Shown: positions 11,255-22,099 of the stretch, piece after piece
How the letters are laid out: each line of letters begins with the position of its first letter
How positions within the stretch are numbered: the first letter of the stretch is position 1
Assembly: GCA_035221665.1 (NCBI GenBank)
Contig: CM069153.1
Coordinates: 23,870,001-23,934,000, forward strand
DNA from: Okamejei kenojei
Lineage: Eukaryota
Length of the DNA: 64,000 nt
Reading direction: 5' to 3'
Translations under genes and position numbers: made by a program
The notes under the pieces: generated by a model
What the model was told of the DNA's origin: nothing
The model's input: the letters and a program-made list of their open reading frames with translations, nothing else
Databases searched by the model: none

Positions 11255-12920
11255 TCTTTGTGACCCCTGATTCTGGACTCACCCAACATTGGGAACATTT
11301 TTCCTGCATCCAGCTTGTCCAGTCCTTTTATAATTTTATATGTTTCTAAAAGATATCCCCTCATCCTTCTAAACTCCAGTGAATACAAGCCTAGTCTTTT
11401 CAATCTTTCCTCATATGACAGTCCTGCCATCCCAGGGATCAAACTCTTGAACCTACGCTGCACTGCCTCAATCACAAGGATGTACTTCCTCAAATTAGGA
11501 GACCAAAACTGTACACAATACTCCTGATGTGGTCTCACCAGAGACATATGCAGAAAAACCTCTTTACTCCTATAACTGAAATCCTCTTGTTATAAGGCCA
11601 ACATTCCATTAGCTTTCTTCACTGCCTACTGTACTTGTAAGCCAACTTTCAGTGACCGGTGTACAAGGACGCCCAGGTCTCGCTGCACCTCCCCCTTACG
11701 AACCTAACCCAATTGAGATAATAATCTGCCCCCTTGTATTTGCCGCCAAAGTGGATAACCTCACATTTATTTATATTATACTGCATCTGCCACGCATCTG
11801 CCCACTCACTCAACCTGTCCAGGTCACCCTGCAACCTCCTAACATCCTCTTCATAGTTCACACTGCCACCCAGCTTTGTGTCATCCATAAACTTGCTAGT
11901 ATTGCTCCTAATTCTCTCTTCCAAATCATTAATATATATGGTAAACAGTTGCGGCCCCAACACCGGGCCTTGCGGCATTCCACTCGCCACTGCCTGCCAT
12001 TCTGAAAAGGACCCGTTCACTCCTACTCTTTGCTTCCAGTCTGCCAACCAATTTTCTATCCATGTCAACACACAACCCCCAATACCATGTGCTCTAATTT
12101 TAGTCACCAATCTCCCGTGCGGGACCTTATCAAAGGCTTTCTGAAAGTCTAGATACACTACATCCACCGGCACCCCTTCATCCATTTTACTTGTCACATC
12201 CTCAAAAAATTCCAGAAGATTAGTCAAGCATGATTTCCCTTTCATAAATCCATGTTGACTTGGACTAATCCTTTTACTGCTATCCAAATGCCTCATTATT
12301 ACCTCTTTAATAATTGACTCCAGCATCTTTCCCACCACCAAAGTCAGGCAAACTGGTATGTAATTCCTTGTTTTCTCTCTCACTCCTTTCTTGAAAAGTG
12401 GGATAACATTAGCTATCCTCCAATCCTGAATCTATTGAACATTGGAAAATGATCACCAATGCACTATTTCTAGAGCCACCTCCCTGAGGACCCTGGGATG
12501 CAGACCATCAGGCCCAGGGGATTTATCATCCTTCAGTCCCTACCCAATACTATTTCTCGCCTAATGAATTTTTTTTTTCAGTTCCTCTACCTCCTTAGAT
12601 CCTCTGTCCTCCAGTACATCTGGGAGATTGTATGTGTCTTCCTTGGTGAAGACAGATCCGAAGTGCCTATTCAACTCTTCTGCCATTTCCTTGTTGCCCA
12701 TAATAATTTCACTCGTGTCTGCCTTCAAGGGACCCACATTTGACTTTGCTGCTCTTTTTCCCTAAAAATATCTAAAGAAGCTTATACTGTCTTTCTTTAT
12801 ATTCCTGGCCAGCTTCCCTTCATACTTCATCTTTTCAGCCTGTATTGCCCGTTTTGTTTCCTTCTGTTGTCCTATGAAAGTTTCCCAATCCTCTAGCTGC
12901 TCTTTGCTGTGTTACACATC
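11255..12920 (-). mobile_element. CR1 LINE ORF2 (RT) fragment
   Basis: ORF 11649..12383 QHGFMKGKSCLTNLLEFFEDVT..VYLDFQKAFDKVPH..SGMPQGPVLGP..YINDL..KFMDDTKLGG. Confidence 0.93.
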
Positions 12921-13517
12921 AAAGGCTTTCTGAGTATGTATTGTGCTACAGTTTATTATGGTGTCTACGTGTACAATATAAACATCATGCCATAAAGATT
13001 CTAACCTGTTTTGCTTTATTATATAATACTTATTCTCCTGATGTCAATCATCGGAAGGAACTTTGTACTAAAAACAGATGTACTGTGCTGGCAGTTGCAA
13101 CACAGGAGTGGTTACGTCTCTCATTCCATCTACATTGACACGAAAGGTTCTGTAAACACATAGTTTATGATCCCTGTTGATTTGCCTTTTCTGGAATTGA
13201 CACGAGCAGAAGATAGCAATCAAACCTGTACTTTTCCCTAGTAAAACGTAAACTTTTTAATTTATCTTTTGTTTCACTTGCACTATTTCTGTCAGAGTTT
13301 AATGAGTAGTGATTATTGAGCACTAAAATATATTTTAATTTCCTCCTATTTTAAATACTCGTTTGGTGATAGTGTATGTTTCCCATGCTGTATGACTGTT
13401 TAAATCAAACTACATATTCCTTTCAGTTTAAATATCAAGGCTTACAATAGGTTTTATGACCCAACTTACAATGCGACTTTGCTGGGAGCTTCTCTTTGCT
13501 CTCACAGAGGCTCAACA

Positions 13518-13830
13518 GTTTAGTTTTCGTTTTAGTTTCAGAGATACAGCGTGAAAACAGGCCCTTCGGCCCACCGAGTCTGCACCGACCATATTAACAC
13601 TATCCTACACCCACTAGGGACGATTTACAGTTATACCAAGCTATTTTACCTACATAGCTGTCCGTCTTTGGAGTGTGGGAGGAAACCAAAGACATCAGAG
13701 AAAACCCACACAGTTATGGAGAGAATGCACAAGCTCCATAAAGATAGCACCCGTAGTTGGGATCGAACCCGGGTCTCCGGCACTGCCTGCGCTGTCAGGC
13801 AGCAACTCTACCACTGTGAACCGTGCCGCA
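13518..13830 (-). mobile_element. HE1-type V-SINE
   Basis: (TTTAG)n, ACAGGCCCTTCGGCCCACC, GGAGTGTGGGAGGAAACC, GGGATCGAACCCGGGTCTC. Confidence 0.85.
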
Positions 13831-14094
13831 GGATCAATCGCATAACTGCATGACTATTGGAACAGGTCAAAGAGATAGTCTGGAGAATATGACATAGGAG
13901 GCTTTAGAGACACAGCGTGGACACGGGCCCTTTGGACAACCGAGTTCGTACATGTACACTGAACTTTTTTCTCGCTTATTATATTGTTTATAGAGTATTA
14001 CGTTTACGCATTCTGGTGTGCTGCTGCAAGTAAGAATTTAATTGTTCTGTCTGGGATATTTGACGATAAAACACTCCTGATTCTTGGCTGACAA

Positions 14095-14250
14095 CCTGCT
14101 CGTCTTTGGGATGTGGGAGGAAGCCCCGGAGAAAACTCACGCGGTCACGAAGAACGTACAAACTCCATACAGACAGCGCTCATAGCCAGGATCGAATCCG
14201 GGCCTCTGGTGCTGTGAGGCAGTAGCTCTACCAGTGAGCCACGGTGTCGC
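14095..14250 (-). mobile_element. HE1-type V-SINE 5' half
   Basis: GTCTTTGGGATGTGGGAGGAA..GGATCGAATCCGGGCCTCTGGTGCTGTGAGGCAG. Confidence 0.75.
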
Positions 14251-14409
14251 TCCTCAGGTCCTCAGCATGAAACATGAATGTGTCTCCACAAGAACACCCA
14301 CACATACGTCACAGTGTAAACTATTGCCAAATGCAGTAGTTTGATTCTGCTGTGGACCAGATATCATGAAAGATCGTGATGCAGGCATCTTGCACTTTAT
14401 CTGAATCAA

Positions 14410-14555
14410 GATGCACACAGTCCCTTGCCCAGAGTAGGTGAATCGAGGACAAGGGGACAAAGGTTTAAGCTGAAAGGGAAAAGATTTAATAGGAATCTGA
14501 GGGGTAACTTTTTCACACAAAGGGTGGTGTGGGTATGGAACAAATTGCCAGAGGA
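14410..14555 (+). mobile_element. CR1 3' fragment
   Basis: AGGTTTAAG..GATTTAATAGGAATCTGAGGGGTAACTTTTTCACACAAAGGGTGGT. Confidence 0.75.
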
Positions 14556-15303
14556 TCCAACGGGATCCCAATACTAGCTGCATCTTCCCATCTCCACCCC
14601 TTTCTGCTTTCCGCAGAGACTGTTCCCTCCGCAACTCCCTGGTCAACTCGTCCCTTCCCACCAAAACCACCCCCTACCCAGCTACTTTCCCCTACAACCA
14701 CAGGAGATGCAATACCTGTCCCTTTACCTCCCCTGTTGGAATCTATCCAAGGACCCCAACAGTCTTTCCAGGTGAGGCAGAGGTCCACTTGCACCTCCTC
14801 CAATCTCATCTGCTGTATCCCTTGCTCCAGGTGTCAAGTTCTCTACATCGGTGAGACCAAGCGCAGGCTCGGCGATCATTTCGCTGAACACATCCGCTCA
14901 GTCCGTCTTAACCTACCTGATCTCCCGGTTGCTCAGCTCTTTAACTCCCCCTCCCATTCCCAATCTGACCTTTCTGTCCTGGTCCTCCTCCATTGTCAGA
15001 GTGAGGCCCAGAGCAAATTGGAGGAACAGCACCTCATAATTCGCTTGGCTAGCTTACACCCCAGCGGTATTAACATTGACTTCTTTAACTTCAAATAGCT
15101 CTTGCTTCTCCTCTCTCTCTCTCCATTCCCTCCCCCTTCCCAGTTTTCCCACCCATCTTACTGTCTCCAACTACATTCTATCTCTGTCCTGCCCACTCCC
15201 CTGAAATCAGTCTGAAGAAGGGTCTTGACCCGAAAAGTCACCCATTCCTTCTCTCCAGAGATGCTGCCTGTCCTCTGAGTTACTCCAGCATTTTGTGTCT
15301 ACC
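14556..15303 (+). mobile_element. Penelope-like element 3' part (GIY-YIG ORF, 3'UTR, hammerhead unit)
   Basis: ORF 14529..15098 TCTSSNLICCIPCSRCQVLYIGETKRRLGDHFAEH..LEEQHLIIRLASLHPSGINIDF, followed by the unit at 15208-15303. Confidence 0.9.
15208..15243 (+). ncRNA. Minimal type-I hammerhead ribozyme motif
   Basis: CTGAAGA (15212-15218) + A + stem II GGGT/CTTG/ACCC + GAAA + AG + TC. All core nucleotides are present; stem III differs from the family consensus GAAACGTC by one base. Confidence 0.65.
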
Positions 15304-15304
15304 T

Positions 15305-15895
15305 GTCAGAGTATTGAGTATAGAAGTTGGGAGGTCATGTTACAGTTGTACAAGACAGTGGTGAGACCACATTTAGAGTATTGTGTACAGTTTTAGTCAC
15401 CATGTTATAGGAAAGATGTTATCAAGCTGGAAGGTGCTGAGAACATTTATGAGGATTTTGCCAGGACTCGAGGACCTGAGGGGGAGGTTGAGCAGCCAGG
15501 ACTTTATTCCTTGGAGCACAGGATAATGCTGATCTTAAAGAGGTGTATAAGATCACGGGTGGAATAGAGAGGGTGCATTCACAGTTTTTTATCCAGAGTA
15601 GGGGAATAAAGAACCATAGGAGGTACGTTTAAGGTGAGGGGGGAGAGGGAGCGTTAATATGAAACTGAGGGGATTTTTTTACACAAAGGGTGGTGGGTGT
15701 ATGGGACGAGCTGAGGAGGAGGGACTTGAAGCAGGCACTTAAACAACATTTTAAAAAATTGGACAGTTACATGAATAAGATAGGTTTAGAGGGACATGGG
15801 TCAAATGTAGGCAAGTGGAACTAGTATAGATGGGACATCTTGGACGGCATGGCAAGTCGGGCAGAAGGGCTTGTTTCTGTGCTGTTTGACTATAA
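15305..15895 (+). mobile_element. CR1 LINE 3' fragment (decayed)
   Basis: GTATTGAGTATAGAAGTTGGGAGGTCATGTTACAGTTGTACAAGAC..GAAGGGCTTGTTTCTGTGCTGT. Confidence 0.85.
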
Positions 15896-16237
15896 CTAAA
15901 AACTCAGCTGTCTTTCCTCTAATCCCGGAGTCCTCTACAGTGGAAACATTTTATTTTTTAGCGGTCCGTATGAAACTATCCGCAAGGAAAGCAAGGGTTG
16001 CAGACTGCAACCCTCTTCCGCGAACAGGAGCGAGTTACCGTAAACCTCCCAATCATGAAAACAACCACTGGACCTTAAATCAACGAGAGCCTGACGGCTG
16101 GGACAAAAGTGCAGCTTTGCATTTGAGCTACAGTATATTGAGTGTCTGCGTTTATTTGTGTATTGTTTGCCTCTGTGAAGTAATTCGTTCTTGTAAATAC
16201 ATTTCAATAATTTGAAAAATTAAAACATTTTAACTAT

Positions 16238-16452
16238 GCGTAAGATGGAACTGCAGATGCTGGTTTACACCGAAGATACACAAAATGCTGGAGTAACAAC
16301 AGGTCAAGCAGCATCTCTGGAGAAAAAGAATAGGTGACGTTTGGGGTCGAGACCCTTCTTCAGAGACCCTGTGAAGGGTCTCCACTCGGAACGTCACCTC
16401 CTCCCGAGATGCTGCCTGACCTGTTGGGTTACTCCAGCACTTCGTGTAAACC
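16238..16452. mobile_element. Head-to-head inverted pair of hammerhead-headed units
   Basis: Left arm GCTGGAGTAAC..GCAGCATCTC..GGTGACGTTTGGGGTCGAGACCCTTCTTCAG; right arm GAAGGGTCTCCACTCGGAACGTCACC..GAGATGCTGCC..GTTACTCCAGC. Confidence 0.8.
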
Positions 16453-16499
16453 TTTTAACTAGACAATTGACGTAGTCTCCCACGTCGGTTAAGGACTAC

Positions 16500-16930
16500 T
16501 CCGTGAAGCAGAGAATGCTTTGTTTTCCGCATATGGATCTGTAGTTATTGCTTGCTCGCGAATCTCCATACCGAAACAGAAACCGCAGGCGAGCGGGCGA
16601 AGTGTTTAAACCGGCGTTTCGCCCCCTGCATCGGGTTTAATGGGGAGGTGAAGTGCGATCGGTCAGGATGGATGTGGTCGGCGGGGATTAAGCACGGCAC
16701 AGGATACATCATCTGCCTGGTGACGGTTAGTGTGGCACGTTTTTTTTTCCCCAGAAAAAGTCACTTTGTGGTGGTTAGGACGGGCTCACGGCAGAGGCCA
16801 CTGTAGCAGTTTCACAGGTGAAACAGACACCTGTGGTGTGTGTGTGCGTGTGTGTGTGTGGGGGGGGGGGGGGGGGCGGCTGGGGACTCGCCCTGAATAT
16901 CGCGCTGACCTCGGCTTTAAGTGTAGAGAT
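16500..16930. promoter_or_regulatory. CpG-rich unique segment, candidate promoter/enhancer
   Basis: High CpG density relative to flanks; GAAACAGAAACC 16573-16584, TGTGGT at 16673, 16767 and 16832, CAGGTG 16815 and CACCTG 16828. Confidence 0.4.
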
Positions 16931-17049
16931 CTGAAACTGCGCCAGATCTCTACACTAGTCACACTGGAGGAACTCAGCGGACACGGCGGCGTCCATGGAA
17001 AGGAAATGGACAGACGGAGTTTCGGGTCAGCAAGTGAAAGTTCACAAAA

Positions 17050-17267
17050 TGTGTAGGAAGGAACTGCAGATGCTGGTTTACGCCGAAGATAGACACAAAA
17101 TGCTGCAGTAAAGACAGGCAGCATCTCTGGGTCGGAGGGATGGGTGACGTTTCGGGGAGAGATCCTTCTTCAGACGTAAAGGGTCTCGACCCGAAACGTC
17201 ACCCATTCGCTTCTCTATAGAGATGCTGCCTGTCCCGCCGAGTGACTCCAGCATTCTGTGTCTATCT
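17050..17267. mobile_element. Head-to-head inverted pair of hammerhead-headed units, nested in an older related pair (~16955-17400)
   Basis: ..GGGTGACGTTTCGGGGAGAGATCCTTCTTCAGAC / AAGGGTCTCGACCCGAAACGTCACCCATTC..GAGATGCTGCC..TGTGTCTATCT. Confidence 0.85.
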
Positions 17268-17479
17268 GAAGTGAAGGTCTGAAGGGGGGTCCTGACCCGC
17301 ACTATCACCTGTCCATCCCCCGCACAGATGCTGCCTGGCCCTCTGAGTTCCCCAGCACTTGGTATTTTGTTCAAGATTTCAGCACCTACAGACCTTTGTG
17401 ACTTCAAGTGTTTGCAATAAATAATAAGCTTAAGTAATAAATAATTCGTTCTGCTCTTTATTGCTGCTCTTCGCAGCTG

Positions 17480-17620
17480 CCCCTCTCTCCCCGCCCCTCT
17501 CATCCCCCTCCCTTTTCCCTCCCCCTCTCTCTCTCTCCCCCCCTTCCCTTTTCCCTCCCCCCCCTCTCTCTCTCTCCCCCCTCTCTTCCCCCCCTCTCTT
17601 CCCCCCCCCCCCCCCTCCCG
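17480..17620. repeat. C/T low-complexity tract
   Basis: Runs of CCCT, CTCT and poly-C. Confidence 0.9.
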
Positions 17621-17819
17621 CTCTTGTTTCCTTCACTTTGCGTGCTGTCCAAAGATCAGATAAGATCTGTAAACAAAATGCTAACGAGCCAAACTCATGA
17701 AAAATAAGCAGAGTCAAGGGCAAGGTTTAAGGTACAGAATACAGTTGTAGAACAAGAAAGAAAGAAGGTATGAAAGGGAATCTTCACGTCCCAAATCTTA
17801 TTTAATCAAAAATAAAGAT

Positions 17820-18548
17820 ATCAAGATCAAGAGACATTTATTGTCACATGCACCAATTGGTACCGTGACATTTGGGGTCACCATACAAATTAAAAAGAAT
17901 AAAACACGATAGTATTTTAACATAAACATCCTCTGCACAACGGAATCAACATTTCCTACTGTGAGGGAAGGCCCAAAGTCATCCTCCTCTTTGATGTTCT
18001 TTGATGTACACCCATGGTCGGGGCCTCCTGAGCCCTCTGCAGTCGCCGCTATGGGTGGCCCGATGCTCAGACACTCTCGCCGGGATGATGGAACTCCGAC
18101 ATCGGAACGGGAGAACAACCTCAGCGGCTTGGACCTCCGAATCGGCCACTTCCCACCGGAGTCCTCGGCTCCCAAAGTCCACGCCGAGCGGAGAGCCACT
18201 CTGGCAGCCCTCGGCAAAGGGCCCCGGGGCACCGCAATGTTGAAGTCAGCGCCGCTCGCGCTGGAAGCTCTTCAAACCAGAGCCCCGCAATGTTGTTACA
18301 GCAGGCCCAGCACTCCGGAGCTTCAAACGGTGATCCCATGTGAGGCATCGCCCGCTCCGCTATGTATCCAGGAAAGGCCGCTCCAATGCAGGTGTTAGGC
18401 CGCGAGGAGGGGGCAAGAACGCGACTCGGAGAATAATCACATCCTCGCCAGGAGGCGACTGTTATCCCCCTTACCCTACCCCCCCTTCCCCCACTAGAAA
18501 AACCTAAAAAATAAAAAAAAGATGGGGGAAAAACGGACAGACTGTAGC
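17820..18548 (-). mobile_element. Unclassified GC-rich non-coding element, related to 8478-9350
   Basis: Minus strand has CAGTCTGTCCGTTTT at the 5' end, GCCTTCCCTCACAGTAGGA core, and TGACAATAAA..(TCTTGA)n tail. Confidence 0.6.
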
Positions 18549-18594
18549 CTTCCCCTAATGGCCTCCATATTGACTGGCCTTGAGGGGGATTCGA

Positions 18595-19250
18595 CATATA
18601 TTGCCTGAAGGAGATTCATATTGCCCGAGTCGAAGACCAATATGGATCTAGTGAGGGCAATATATGTCATATCTCCCGAAAGAGGACAGTCAATATTGTT
18701 ATTATTACCCATTATCAGACATCTAGAGGAAAATCTGAACATCTCTATGAATGTATCTATACATTTTGCAATAGGCATTGCAACATTGGAAATAAGGGTA
18801 CTAAAAAAACATTGTAAATAAGGGTACTAAAAAATGTAACATTTATGTTTCATTTATGTAATTTATGTAATTCATTTATGTGACAATGTGAAGGTCGAAC
18901 TTTTAAATCGCGAACCTCTTCTCGCAACCGGCTGCCATTTTGTTTGTTTTGAGATTTCGCACGCAGCGTCACGTTGCCGTCACGTTGCCGGTTGCCAAGT
19001 TCCCGGATGTGAGCCAGGGGAATATAAGACTATATTCCCCGCTGTTTAAACAGGTAAAGTCCATAGGCGTTCGCTAGAAAGGGGAATATAAGAAAATATT
19101 CCCCTGTTAGCGCTGCTGGCAGTAAAAACGAAGGGAATACAATTTCGTAAAAGCATACCTCAGATGGGTGATATGGGTAATAATATATAATATTCGCATG
19201 ATGGGACGTTGTCCAATTTGGTAGGGCAACAATAAGACGACAAAATATTT
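18595..19250. mobile_element. Possible non-autonomous DNA element with subterminal inverted repeats
   Basis: TATTATTACCCATTATCAGACATCTAGAGG (~18700-18729) is inverted relative to CCTCAGATGGGTGATATGGGTAATAATA (~19159-19186); hairpin ATATTGCCC..GGGCAATAT at ~18618-18663. Confidence 0.4.
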
Positions 19251-19497
19251 TGTAATGGGAGAGACTGAAAGATATTAAGGGGAACCTAGATATCCTTGTA
19301 CACTTCTCACTGAAAACACGTGTCTATGCAACAAGCAGTTAAGAAGGCACACAGTTTATTGGTCTTTACTGCTAAAGGATGTGTTTACAAAGATGCATCC
19401 ATCAAACTGCAATTGAGCAAAGGTGAAACTGCAGCTGGAATTTTCTATATAATCCTTGTCTCCCTACCTGAGGAAGGAGAGAAGAGCGTAGTGAGAG

Positions 19498-19942
19498 TTT
19501 AGTTTAAAGAAACAGCATAGCAACAGGTCCTTCGGCCAACCACATCAACCATCAATCACCCATTCACCCTAGTTCCATGTTATCCCACTTTCGCTTTCAC
19601 TCCCTACACACCAGGAGCAATTTACAGAGGTCAATTAACCTCCAAATCTGTAAGTATTTGGAATTTGGGACAGTGAGGAAGGTTATCTAAGATGTCAACA
19701 GGACGTAGATAAACTGGGCCAAGAAACGGCAGATAGAAATGAATTTGAACCAAAATGCAATGATTTGGACGTACCTATGTATCCATTCGTCTTTGGAATT
19801 TGGGATGAAACTGGAGCACCCCGAGGAAACTCATGCGGTCACAGGGAGAACATGCAAGCTCCTCAAAAACAGCACCCGAGGTCAGGATCGAACCCAAGTC
19901 CCTAGCGCTGTGGGGCAGCAGCTCTGCACTGTTGTGCTGCCC
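19498..19942 (-). mobile_element. Fragmented HE1-type SINE within an old CR1 remnant
   Basis: CAGGTCCTTCGGCC tail; GTCAGGATCGAACCC..GCGCTGTGGGGCAGCAGCTCT head. Confidence 0.7.
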
Positions 19943-19989
19943 CTGTTAATACAAAAGCTCACCAGATTGATTCTAGGGAGCAGGCAAAA

Positions 19990-20135
19990 TGTGTAGGAAG
20001 GAACTGCAGATGCAGGTTTACACCGATGATATAAAGCAGCATCTGGAGAAGGGTTCCGACCCAATGCATCACATATTTCTTTTCTCCAGAGATGCTGCCT
20101 GACCCGCTGAGTTACTCCAGCACTTTGTGTCTATC
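19990..20135. mobile_element. Asymmetric inverted hammerhead-unit element
   Basis: GTGTAGGAAGGAACTGCAGATGC.. joined to GAGAAGGGTTCCGACCC..GAGATGCTGCCTGACCCGCTGAGTTACTCCAGC. Confidence 0.7.
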
Positions 20136-20324
20136 GTGGGAGAAGGGTTTTGTTGGAGAGGTTAATTGGATTGATCCTCAAGAGAGTTTGAAAGAATGAG
20201 AGATTCTCTCATGAAAAACTCCCAAACTTTTGACGAGGTGTGCAATGATAATTATAGGACACTAATCAGCTCGTGTATCTGTTGCTGACATCACGTCTAG
20301 GTTCAGGAATCATGGATCATGAAA

Positions 20325-20473
20325 AATAGGCCAAAACTGCAGATGCTGGAGAATCGAACACAAAATGGAGAAACTCATGCAGCAGCATCTAAGGAGCCGA
20401 AAGAAGGGTCTCGAAAACGTCGCCTATCTCCTTCGCTCCTTAGATGCTGCTGCCGCTGAGTTTCTCGTACTTT
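20325..20473. mobile_element. Inverted hammerhead-unit element (second subfamily)
   Basis: GAGAAACTCA..GCAGCAGCATCTAAGGAGC / AAGAAGGGTCTCGAAAACGTCGCCTATCTCCTTCGCTCCTTAGATGCTGCTGC..TGAGTTTCTC. Confidence 0.7.
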
Positions 20474-20590
20474 GAATAGAATTGGTTTGAAAGATGAAGC
20501 GTAGAAACCTGCCCTCCGGCCACCAAATCTGTGCCGTACACACTACCTCCACCCACTTTCTATGTTATCCCACTTTCGTATCCAGTGCCT

Positions 20591-21055
20591 ACACACTAGG
20601 GGCAATTTACAGAGGTCAATTAACCTACAAATCATCACGTCTTTGGAATGTGGGGGAAACCGGAGCACCCGGAGGAAACCCACACGGTCACAGGGAAAAC
20701 GTACAAACTCCAGCGATGATTTGAGTCAAGATCTTTCTTTAAAAGAAGGGTCTTGACCTGAAGCGGCGCCTATCCCTTCCCTCCACAAATGCTGCCTGAC
20801 CCACTGAGCTCCTCCAGCGCCCTGTGTTTTCCAACATCTGCAGTTCCATTGTCTTTCTGTGTACTTCTTATGTTTGCCACAGAAAGAAAGTAATGGAGCT
20901 TGTGATCCTACCTTACTTGACTCAAATCATCGCTGGAGTTTGTACGTTTTCCCTGTGACCGTGTGGGTTTCCTCCGGGTGCTCCGGTTTCCCCCACATCC
21001 CAAAGACGTGATGATTTGTAGGTTAATTGACCTCTGTAAATTGCCCCTAGTGTGT
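20591..21055. repeat. 140-bp near-perfect inverted duplication of a SINE segment (20591-20730 / 20916-21055)
   Basis: By eye the arms differ at one position and both include the non-SINE junction CAGCGATGATTTGAGTCAAG. Confidence 0.9.
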
Positions 21056-21069
21056 CGGCAAGGCCAGCG

Positions 21070-21435
21070 ACATAATCAAGAACGAGTCGGACCCTGGCCG
21101 CTCCGTCTTCGCCCCACTCTCTTTGGACAAATGTATAGAAGTGTGAAAACGCACACCTCCAGATTCAGGGACTGTTTCTTCCCAGCTGTGATCAGGCAAC
21201 TGAATCATCCTATCACAATTAGAGAGCAGTCTTGAATTAATATCTACCCCATTGGTGACCCTCAGACTATCTTTAATCAGACTTTACTGGCTTTACCTTG
21301 CACTAAACGCTATCATGTATCTATACACTTTAATAGCTCGACTGTAGTCATGTATTGTCTTTCAGCTGGCTGGATAGCACACAGCAAATGCTTTTCATTC
21401 CACACATGACAATAAAGTAAACTTAACTAAATTAA
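21070..21435 (+). mobile_element. Rex1/Babar LINE 3' fragment
   Basis: YRSVKTHTSRFRDCFFPAVIRQLN C-terminal motif; CACATGACAATAAA tail. Confidence 0.75.
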
Positions 21436-21674
21436 ACATTCCCATCCAGATAAATGTGTTTCCAACAATGCTATCACTTCTATTCCTGATCTCGCCCACT
21501 TCCATGGGATCGTTTCCTAATTATCAATCCTTAAGGAATTGTAATCCAGAGCATGCAGTCTATTCCAGTAAATCAGCATTGCCTTCAAAAGGCAACGTTT
21601 GCTTACCATGATGTATGCAAACCTCTGTAGGCTCTGATCACTCATTTGTATAACTGTAAGATATTATTATTGTT

Positions 21675-22075
21675 TAGTTTAGTTTATTGTCACGTGTACT
21701 GATGAGGTAGAGTGAAACGTTTTTTGTTGCTTGCTAACCAATCAGTGGAAAGGATATCATGATTATAATCAAGTCCTCTGCAGTGTACAGATACAGGATA
21801 AAATAAATGATGTTTAGTGCAAGATAAAGTCCAGTAGAGTCCGATTAAAGATGGTCCGAGGGTCTTCAATGAGGTGGATTGTACCTCAGAACTGCTCTGA
21901 TTGTGGTTGGATGGTTCAGTTGCCTGATAACAGCTGAGAAGAAACTGTCCCTGAATCTGAAGGTTCAGTGCGTTTTTACACTTCTGTACTTTTTGCCTGA
22001 TGGGAGTGGGGAAAAGAGGGAATCACTGAGGTAAGACTCGTCCTTGATTAAGCTGGTGGCATTGCAGAGGCAGGC
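21675..22075 (-). mobile_element. Rex1/Babar LINE 3' fragment
   Basis: TTTATTGTCACGTGTAC..GGTTCAGTTGCCTGATAACAGCTGAGAAGAAACTGTCCCTGAATCTG. Confidence 0.75.
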
Positions 22076-22099
22076 AAGTTAATCAAATCATAAACTCGA

